From Candidatus Poseidoniaceae archaeon (GTDB lineage Archaea > Thermoplasmatota > Poseidoniia > Poseidoniales > Poseidoniaceae), in assembly GCA_943789275.1 (NCBI GenBank), contig CALSTM010000003.1:330001-362000 (forward strand): a stretch of DNA of 32,000 bases. Reading direction: 5' to 3'. A program made the translations under genes and the position numbers. The notes beneath the pieces were generated by a model. It worked only from the letters and a program-made list of their open reading frames with translations, made no database searches and was not told where the DNA came from. Within the stretch, counting starts at the first letter, position 1. Every line of letters begins with the position of its first letter. This document shows positions 1 to 7,555 of this stretch, piece by piece.

Positions 1-1002
1 AGCCCACGCCAGTACATTTTCATGACTTACAGGGTATGATTGCATTTTCTTTTGAACTTCAGGAATGCCTAGACCTTGAAGTAAATATGCATCATTAATC
101 TCCTTTCCTTTTATTCTTGCTTCAAGCATATTTTTTCGGAAGCATTTCCAACAATTTTCACACGCTTCGGGCCACTCTCCTCGAATACATGATCTGGTAA
201 ATGGGTGAAAAGAGGAATTTAACACGATGGTACTTGTACCAACCTCACTTACCCCTGAAACTGGTAAATAGAGCGGTAAACCAGCGGCTAGAAACATCCG
301 CCCCCAAAACCGATAGTGGTGAGATGATGCATAGTCCCTCGCCTTCTCATGTCCAATTCGATATGCAGATTCCATGACTGTTCCAAACGCAATGGAATCA
401 ATATTATGACTGGATGCAAGTGCGATAATAGGAATCGAAGGAACAAGGTCAGTTGGAAATCCAAGAGGTTGCCGAACATACTCGACATCACACTCGAGGG
501 CATGGACCTCAAATCCACACTTTTTGGCATGTTTGATGGTCGCGTAAGCCGCAGATTTGTTATACATAGAAACTTTCTTTTTCAATGGCCGGTCCATGAA
601 TACGGACAATGTATTTTCTGGCATCACTAGGAGACTCGCAGTTGAGTCTGCTCCACCAGAAAAAGCAAGTGCTGGCCGAGCATTCGGAGATGGGATATAT
701 GATTTATATCCGATTTCATCAAAAACAACATTATATTTTGAAATCTTGGCGCAAGACTCAGCAAATCGAGTACTCACATTCCAAGGAATAGTGACTGAAT
801 CTTCAACAAAGGGATGGCACACTAACAAAGCTATAAGAGCAAGATGATCGGGGTGGATTTGTTCAATTGTGACTCCTCTGGGCAACTCATTCGAGAACTT
901 CCTGCCAATCATTGAGATCTTATCGGTGTATTTGCCATCATTTTTATCTAAGGTAAATGTCCAATGCAGGGTGCTGCGTATTCCAACCACATCCACCTTC
1001 AT
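1..1002 (-). CDS. PP-loop (adenine-nucleotide alpha-hydrolase-like) protein of unknown specificity; 3' end runs off the window
   Basis: Open minus-strand frame from ATG at 1002 to position 1 (334 codons, no stop, so absent from the ORF track). My translation begins MKVDVVGIRSTLHW. It contains ALAFSGGADSTASLL (SGGxDS PP-loop, nt ~640-690) and a C-terminal Cys cluster CIRGEWPEACENCWKC resembling QueC-type Zn sites. The TAG at 288-290 is in another frame. Confidence 0.6.
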   Translation of the reverse strand, partial: MKVDVVGIRSTLHWTFTLDKNDGKYTDKISMIGRKFSNELPRGVTIEQIHPDHLALIALLVCHPFVEDSVTIPWNVSTRFAESCAKISKYNVVFDEIGYKSYIPSPNARPALAFSGGADSTASLLVMPENTLSVFMDRPLKKKVSMYNKSAAYATIKHAKKCGFEVHALECDVEYVRQPLGFPTDLVPSIPIIALASSHNIDSIAFGTVMESAYRIGHEKARDYASSHHYRFWGRMFLAAGLPLYLPVSGVSEVGTSTIVLNSSFHPFTRSCIRGEWPEACENCWKCFRKNMLEARIKGKEINDAYLLQGLGIPEVQKKMQSYPVSHENVLAWA

Positions 1003-1063
1003 GGTAATGCCATTTTGTCCTTAGATATAGTGGTTAAGTCTTGAATTTCTCTGTAAACATCAT

Positions 1064-2185
1064 ATGCTATGGCATTTAGCAATAAGCATGCCTCATATGA
1101 TTCATATCGTTGTTGGCGCTCGACCTAATCAGATGAAGGCTGCGCCAATTCTGAGAGCGCTCCGAGAGCACCCAGATTTCGAACCAATACTCGTCGATAC
1201 AGGACAGCATTACGACCATGAAATGGCAGGTGTTTTTATGCAACAATTCGGCATGGGCGAGCCGGATTATTCTCTTGAAGTTGGGAGTGGTACTCATGGT
1301 GCCCAAACTGCAAAAATTCTCGAGAAATACGAATCATTATTACTAGAAAAGCGACCTACTGCGACTATTGTTATTGGTGACATCAACAGTACAGTTGCTT
1401 GTGCTCTTGCAGCATCAAAAATAGGAATCCCAGTCATTCACCTTGAAGCAGGATTACGAAGCAAAGATCGAGGCATGCCAGAAGAATTGAATCGAATTGT
1501 GACTGACCATCTCTCGGATTTACTCTGGACTCCGTCTCCTGACGGAGATAAAAACCTTCTAAAATCTGGTATTGAAGGCTCTAAAATTGTCCGAGTAGGC
1601 AACATTATGATTGATACTTTAGTCGCAATGAAGCCTGAAATTGAACAATCTCCTTTCACCAACAACATCCCCTTTCAAAACAACACATTTGCTATAGTCA
1701 CTTTACACCGGCCGAGCAATGTCGATGTTGAAGTAACGCTTACTAAATTACTGGATGAATTATTGATTGTATCGGAGACTATGGATCTTATTTGGCCGCT
1801 TCATCCACGTACAAGATCAAGAATTGAATCACTGGGGAGAATGAATGAACTCCTCGATAGCGCCTCGATTCATATCATGGGCCCTCTTGGATATATTGAT
1901 TTCATGAATGGAATCATGCATTCTGCATGTGTCATCACTGATAGCGGTGGCATCCAAGAAGAGACGACCTGGCTTGGCGTGCCATGCATCACATTACGAC
2001 CAAACACAGAGCGCCCAATTACAATTACAGAAGGAACAAATATCCTCGCTACCGCTGAATCTCTTCAAAGCGAATTGCAACAAATTCAAAAGAGCGTTAA
2101 TACTGGGCGCAAAACTATTGAATTTTGGGATGGAAAAACTGCACAACGTTGTGTCAAATCACTTGAATTGTTTTTGAAGAGGTGA
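1064..2185 (+). CDS. wecB: UDP-N-acetylglucosamine 2-epimerase (WecB/MnaA family)
   Basis: 373-aa ORF with family-typical blocks: HIVVGARPNQMKAAPI, DTGQHYD, VIGDINSTVACALAA, HLEAGLRS...MPEELNR, VTLHRPSNVD, ITDSGGIQEE, RPNTERP. The start is ambiguous (in-frame ATGs at 1064, 1088, 1097). 1097 (MIHIVVG...) fits the family N-terminus best. Confidence 0.9.
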   Translation: MLWHLAISMPHMIHIVVGARPNQMKAAPILRALREHPDFEPILVDTGQHYDHEMAGVFMQQFGMGEPDYSLEVGSGTHGAQTAKILEKYESLLLEKRPTATIVIGDINSTVACALAASKIGIPVIHLEAGLRSKDRGMPEELNRIVTDHLSDLLWTPSPDGDKNLLKSGIEGSKIVRVGNIMIDTLVAMKPEIEQSPFTNNIPFQNNTFAIVTLHRPSNVDVEVTLTKLLDELLIVSETMDLIWPLHPRTRSRIESLGRMNELLDSASIHIMGPLGYIDFMNGIMHSACVITDSGGIQEETTWLGVPCITLRPNTERPITITEGTNILATAESLQSELQQIQKSVNTGRKTIEFWDGKTAQRCVKSLELFLKR

Positions 2186-5100
2186 CAGAAATGAATCCCT
2201 CTCTTCGTGACAGACAGGCTCTCAAGAGATTGAGGAAAATGGAGCAGTCCGTATCTCTACGACTTGGAGAGCATATCACCAAGAGCATCGTACAACCCTG
2301 GCGTTTCCCCTTTCTTCCACTCACCTTTTCAGCACTGACAATTCGTCTTGGTCTCGAAAAAATGGGATTGATTACCCCTCCAGAATCCCGAGTGGAATGG
2401 AAACGAGCCATAGAGGGTAAGGGTCTGTTGGTTTTCGTCGACGGTTACACGTCTACACATGTTGCAAGCGTGAAACAGGACCTTGAAGACGTACTTACAC
2501 TCACAGAGAATATTGAGATTACAGTAGTATGCACCTCCCGATTCAAATCTATTTTTTTAGACACCCATTTCCCCGTTTTCGTTGTACCGGATAAAACGGA
2601 TTTGCCCCGCGATAAAATCGAAGACTGGGGGATTTTACTCGAGGAACAAATCGGTGGAGTTTCATCCTTTTTTCAACCCTCGGTGGTCTTAATTATCGGG
2701 CCATATCCACATCGCCCGCTAAAAAATTTGGTTCGCTCCAACCCAACGATTCGTTTGATTCATGATCAGCGTCCGAAAATTGATTCGCGGAAAAAATACC
2801 CAAATCAAGTTTACACACATCTATCCGGTGTGCTCAGGTCCAGAGGTGATCGCGATGAAATTCCCGAGGCTGTGACCGTGCATCGCGTTGACAAAATAGG
2901 GATGGCGTCTTGGCTCACGAGAATGCTTGAATCCATTGAATCAACAACTGAAGATATGATTGAATTCAAAATTGAAGCATCAAATCGACTCATCGGTGCT
3001 GCAAAGAATGCAGGCCGTGATACCAATAAAATCTCTGATTTGATCAGTGAAATGAACGTTGAACACGGTATTGAAAAAACCCATGCACTGCTTATGTACA
3101 CGCTCATCAATTTTGAACTACAAGACGAAACTCAGGATAAAAAATATACGCGCGACTTATTCGTTGCAGCTATTCGTTCCCTTGGGAAAACAAATTTTGA
3201 GCACATGCTGGAACTTGCGGAATGGCGATTACACCGCTATCAAGATGAACGCGCTGCAAAATCGGTCATTCAATTTCTTCGAAACGCCGAGCGAGTGGAA
3301 GAAGCAACAGGCTATCTGAAATACGTCAAGGACGAAGAATGGAAGAAACGAGAAATCCAGACGGTAACGACTCGCATGTTGGCACAATATGGCCTTCAGG
3401 GAGGTGAATCAAAGGATTTTGAATCCTTGGAACCATTTGAAGTGGAAGCCATCGTCAGGGCTGAGTTGGAAGAAGGCGCCTTCCACCGGCTCAAGATAGA
3501 ACTGAGTTGGGCAAAAGGCGGCATCAAACGGAAAATGAAAGTCCTCCAAAACATCTTGAAAGCCTCCGTTGAAATCCACAATCCTCTGTTACATGATTTG
3601 GTCTCCGAATTCGGTCTGTTTGAACATGACTCCGTTCATTTAGCAAGGCGATTAAACGGCTTCTTTCTTCTCTATGGTGATGCTCTATCGGCCATGCGCG
3701 CCCTTGAGTTTGGACCGATTGAAAGATTAGAAACAGAACTCAAGAAGACCTCGAATATCTCCACCAAAATAAACAACAAGTGGTTGCCGTCCATCGGCCC
3801 CATCTCTGCCAAATCTACTTTCAAATCGAAGCCTGGTTCTGTGTTGTATTTAGCCCACATGTCTTTGCCGTTTGAAAGCGCAGGCTATTGCACGAGAACG
3901 CACGGTTTGTTGACGAATCTGTTGAACTTTAACCCAAAGATTTCTGTGCAAACCCGCCTTGGTTATCCCTTGGATAAAGGAAAATTACGACATTTGACGG
4001 AAGAAGATGTCAAAGCACAATATGTGATTGATGGCTTGACCTATACTTACGAGCAAGGTGTCGATCCCGGGATTGGTGATTCAGACGAAGTCACCTATAT
4101 TGAGCGCGCAGCTCTTGCCTTGATTGAGCGAGCGCGCTCAACACGTCCTGCCCTTATTCAGGCAGCATCCAATCACGTGAACGGAGCGATTGGACTCACC
4201 GCAGCTCGAGCATTGGGGCTTCCGTTTGTGTATGAGGTGCGTGGGCTCTGGCACATGTCGAGGGTAGCCCGCCAACCTCATTTCTTACATCACGCGGACT
4301 ATGAGGCGATGGACGCAGCCGAAGTGGCGATCTGCAAAGAGGCGGATTTTGTTCTCGCTATCACGCACGCCGTGCGTCATTACTTGATAGACAAAGGGGT
4401 TCCCAAAGACCGTATTTTGGTGCTGCCGAACGGCGTTGACACTCATCGATTTACGCCGATGAAATCCGACGAAGACCTTCGCTCGGAACTTGAGATTGGG
4501 GAGGGTATTGTCATTGGCTACGTCGGTTCTTTTGTCAAGTACGAGGGCCTTGATTTATTGGTGGAGGCCTTTGCAAAATTACGAGGACACCATCAAAATA
4601 TCTATTTGTTATTGGTTGGAGACGGCGACACCAGAAATCAACTTGAAGCATTGGTTGACCAATTAGATATTCGGGACGGCGTTCGCTTTACAGGACGTGT
4701 ACCTCATGACGATGTCAATCGATACCACAGCATCATCGACATTGCACCTTTCCCGAGAACACCGGATATCGTGTGTGAGTTCATCAGCCCCTTGAAGCCC
4801 TTTGAATCGATGGCCATGGGTCAAGTCGTGGTGGGGTCCGATGTGGCGGCTTTGCGAGAAATCATCACGGATGGAGAACACGGTCGTTTGTTCAAGAAAG
4901 GCGACAGTCACGACCTTTTCGAGGTGTTGTCAACCCTGGTTTCGAATCCTGAAGAGATGAGTCGATTGAAGGACTCAGGGCTTGAATGGGTGAAAGAGCA
5001 TCGCGATTGGACCAAACTCGCATCCTATCTCAATGAGGTCCACAACGCCATTTTTACCGGCGGCGAGCCACCTGAACTTCTGGGCACTGGGCAAGCATTG

Positions 5101-6840
5101 ACGATTCTCAACGGGAAAGTTTCAACCGTCATTCAAGGAAAACCCAACCTCATGGTGATTATGGACGAGTTCTCAACCACGGCTCTTTCTGCAGATGCGA
5201 ATCTCGTCCGTCCAACACCTGAAAATTGGCAGGGGCTTCTTGATGAACATCGGATTGACATGTTGGTTGTGGAATCCGCATGGGAAGGAAACGACGGCGC
5301 TTGGCATCACAAGGTTGGATGGTACAGCGAGGAGGAAATTGCTGATTTGAAACAGCTTGTTGAGGCCTGCAGAAACCGAAACATCTCCACGGTGTTTTAC
5401 AACAAAGAAGACCCAGTCCACTTCAACCGTTTTTCCAAAACCAGTGCGTTGTTTGACCATGTGTTCACCACGGACGAGGGATGCATCATGAGATACGAAG
5501 CACTTGAGAATTCTTCAATTCAATCCGTAGATTGGATTCAATTTGCTGCTCAACCTGACGTGCATCATCCCTATGATGTGAGGCTATCGGACCGAAGTGA
5601 TATTGCCTTTGCAGGTACCTATTATGCTGGCAAATATCCTGAGCGATGTGAGAAGATGGACATGCTCTTCGATGCGGCAGCGAATCACGGCCTTGTCATT
5701 TATGATCGCCAGTCCGACGGCGGAAATCCGCAATACGTGTTCCCAGGTCGTTTTACATCTCATGTACGAAATAAACTCGAATATCGAGAGATGCTGGAAA
5801 AGCACAGAGAGCATCGGATTTTCCTTAACGTCAACTCAGTTGAGGATTCGTTGACGATGGCCGCTCGCCGAATCTTTGAGATTCCAGCATCAGGCGCATG
5901 CCTCGTAAGCGGGCCAGGTTTGGCCGTTCGTGAAGTGTTTGGAAACACCGTTCCCATGGTTCACTCCAGCGAACAAGCGAATGCAACTCTCGCTGCCTTG
6001 ATGGCGGATGAGGCATTCTTACGCTACACGATCCAAGCATCACGACATATCGTGCTCAAGCGACATCTCAACAATCACCGATTGCAGAAAATGCTCAACG
6101 CATCGGGCTTGACCCTTCAACAGCCTTCCTCAGTCGCAGACACGGTCATCGTGACCGACACGTCAACATCGATTCGCGATATTTGTCTCTGGTTTGCCCG
6201 GCAAGAACTTGATTTCACACATCTCGTATTGCCTTCCGCCCCTACAACCAAGGCCGAAGAACTCCTGGTCAATCTGCTCCAGAATCGGGGATTGAAGGTG
6301 AGTTATGAACGACCTGAACACTCAACTTCACCAACCATTCTGATCTACAATGTCATGGCATTTGACCACCATGGCCTTGATGCACTGTTTAACGAGATGC
6401 GATCTACCCCACACACCGTTCACCTGAAGTCATCAACAGGAGATTTGCTGGCAACCTGCGAACAACCAACTTCCGAGGTCGAATTCACCTTGGAATATCA
6501 TGAAACTTCCTCAACGCCCCAGAAGTTGATTTCAACCATTATGGGCCACACGTTTACTGATGCCCCATCTACAATCTTAATCGCAGGCCACGATCTTAAA
6601 TTTGCCATGCCAATTGTTGAGGTCATGGAAGAAATGGGTCTCCGGGTGTTGGTTGACAAGTGGGATAATCATAACAAATTCAATGCTGAAAAATCACGCA
6701 ATCTCCTCAAGGAGGCGGACGCAATTTGGTGTGAATGGGCCCTTGGAAATGTTGAATGGTATTCTCAAAACATTGAAGTCTGGGATTCCCTTGTTTGTCA
6801 GATATCATTCACAGGAATACAAACTGGATTATTTGTTTGA
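2182..6840 (+). CDS. Giant multi-module glycosyltransferase, upstream reading frame: unknown ~530-aa N-terminal region, GT4 module, CgeB/DUF3880-type module and the start of a third GT module. It continues in another frame at ~6770.
   Basis: GT4 module nt ~3835-5055 (EVRGLWHMS, VLPNGVD, GYVGSFVKYEGLD, LLLVGDG, FISPLKPFESMAMG). CgeB-like module nt ~5143-6110 (VFYNKEDPVHFNRF, IAFAGTYY, NVNSVEDSLTMAARRIFEIPASGACLVS). Third module from ~6568 (ILIAGHDLKF...CEWALGNVEWYS). The likely start is ATG 2191, preceded by GAGGTGA (2179-2185). GTG 2182 overlaps the wecB stop. Confidence 0.85.
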   Translation: MTEMNPSLRDRQALKRLRKMEQSVSLRLGEHITKSIVQPWRFPFLPLTFSALTIRLGLEKMGLITPPESRVEWKRAIEGKGLLVFVDGYTSTHVASVKQDLEDVLTLTENIEITVVCTSRFKSIFLDTHFPVFVVPDKTDLPRDKIEDWGILLEEQIGGVSSFFQPSVVLIIGPYPHRPLKNLVRSNPTIRLIHDQRPKIDSRKKYPNQVYTHLSGVLRSRGDRDEIPEAVTVHRVDKIGMASWLTRMLESIESTTEDMIEFKIEASNRLIGAAKNAGRDTNKISDLISEMNVEHGIEKTHALLMYTLINFELQDETQDKKYTRDLFVAAIRSLGKTNFEHMLELAEWRLHRYQDERAAKSVIQFLRNAERVEEATGYLKYVKDEEWKKREIQTVTTRMLAQYGLQGGESKDFESLEPFEVEAIVRAELEEGAFHRLKIELSWAKGGIKRKMKVLQNILKASVEIHNPLLHDLVSEFGLFEHDSVHLARRLNGFFLLYGDALSAMRALEFGPIERLETELKKTSNISTKINNKWLPSIGPISAKSTFKSKPGSVLYLAHMSLPFESAGYCTRTHGLLTNLLNFNPKISVQTRLGYPLDKGKLRHLTEEDVKAQYVIDGLTYTYEQGVDPGIGDSDEVTYIERAALALIERARSTRPALIQAASNHVNGAIGLTAARALGLPFVYEVRGLWHMSRVARQPHFLHHADYEAMDAAEVAICKEADFVLAITHAVRHYLIDKGVPKDRILVLPNGVDTHRFTPMKSDEDLRSELEIGEGIVIGYVGSFVKYEGLDLLVEAFAKLRGHHQNIYLLLVGDGDTRNQLEALVDQLDIRDGVRFTGRVPHDDVNRYHSIIDIAPFPRTPDIVCEFISPLKPFESMAMGQVVVGSDVAALREIITDGEHGRLFKKGDSHDLFEVLSTLVSNPEEMSRLKDSGLEWVKEHRDWTKLASYLNEVHNAIFTGGEPPELLGTGQALTILNGKVSTVIQGKPNLMVIMDEFSTTALSADANLVRPTPENWQGLLDEHRIDMLVVESAWEGNDGAWHHKVGWYSEEEIADLKQLVEACRNRNISTVFYNKEDPVHFNRFSKTSALFDHVFTTDEGCIMRYEALENSSIQSVDWIQFAAQPDVHHPYDVRLSDRSDIAFAGTYYAGKYPERCEKMDMLFDAAANHGLVIYDRQSDGGNPQYVFPGRFTSHVRNKLEYREMLEKHREHRIFLNVNSVEDSLTMAARRIFEIPASGACLVSGPGLAVREVFGNTVPMVHSSEQANATLAALMADEAFLRYTIQASRHIVLKRHLNNHRLQKMLNASGLTLQQPSSVADTVIVTDTSTSIRDICLWFARQELDFTHLVLPSAPTTKAEELLVNLLQNRGLKVSYERPEHSTSPTILIYNVMAFDHHGLDALFNEMRSTPHTVHLKSSTGDLLATCEQPTSEVEFTLEYHETSSTPQKLISTIMGHTFTDAPSTILIAGHDLKFAMPIVEVMEEMGLRVLVDKWDNHNKFNAEKSRNLLKEADAIWCEWALGNVEWYSQNIEVWDSLVCQISFTGIQTGLFV

Positions 6841-7555
6841 TAGCAATCGTAATGCCATTACAAACCTCTCGTTTGTAGGGCCAAATTTACTAAAAATTGC
6901 GAGTGAACTTGGCCAAACTAAAAACGTCAAAAATACATCAATAATTCCTAATGTACTAACCGTTAAAAATCGGATGTTGAAACGACATGACAACTACGCA
7001 ATTGGTTTTGTAGGCTTGGTTCCAAAAAGCAAGAGGTTGGATTTAGCGGTAAGTTTGCTTGAACATTTGCAAAAATTCGATAAGAGGTATACATTGAAGG
7101 TGGCGGGGAATCTTCCAGATAGTTACAAGTGGATGAAGAATAGAAAGGAAGAATCAGATTTTTTCGATGGCATTTTTGCTAAATTAGAAGGTAATCATGA
7201 ACTAAAGGGCAAAATTGAATTTTGCGGCCATATTGATGATATGGCCGAATTTTATTCTTCTGTGGGCCATGTTGTATCTACGAGCGACTTTGAATCGTTC
7301 CATTTGACATTAGCAGATGGCCCGGTTTTGGGATGCGCTGCACACAGTTTAAAGTGGGATGGTTCTGAAAAAATCTACTCCGACTTGTGGTTAAATGATG
7401 ATATTCTTTTGATGGCCAATAGAATAAATATGCTTAACAAAACAAATCAAACTTCATACTATGCGTCCATGCAGAGTCATCATTTAGTCAAACAAATGCA
7501 GCCTGAACAAGTCACCTTATCCATTCTGTCTGCAATCGGGGAGGGGATTGAGTGA
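6602..7555 (+). CDS. C-terminal part of the third glycosyltransferase module (frameshifted continuation of the 2182..6840 gene). Meaningful coding starts at ~6771.
   Basis: From KSGIPLFVRYHSQEYKLDY onward the frame reads as the remainder of a GT-B enzyme: FVGLVPKSKRLDLAV, TLKVAGN, IEFCGHIDD, VSTSDFESFHLTLADGP. The first ~55 codons of the tracked ORF overlap the upstream frame and look like non-coding shadow. Confidence 0.8.
   Translation: MPCQLLRSWKKWVSGCWLTSGIIITNSMLKNHAISSRRRTQFGVNGPLEMLNGILKTLKSGIPLFVRYHSQEYKLDYLFDSNRNAITNLSFVGPNLLKIASELGQTKNVKNTSIIPNVLTVKNRMLKRHDNYAIGFVGLVPKSKRLDLAVSLLEHLQKFDKRYTLKVAGNLPDSYKWMKNRKEESDFFDGIFAKLEGNHELKGKIEFCGHIDDMAEFYSSVGHVVSTSDFESFHLTLADGPVLGCAAHSLKWDGSEKIYSDLWLNDDILLMANRINMLNKTNQTSYYASMQSHHLVKQMQPEQVTLSILSAIGEGIE

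Noticed and set aside
1021-1029. TTAGATATA element in the 61-nt divergent spacer between the PP-loop gene and wecB as an archaeal TATA box
   Set aside because: It is plausible, at about 23 nt from the minus-strand ATG 1002. A single AT-rich 9-mer in AT-rich DNA is not sufficient evidence, and the domain of the host is unresolved.
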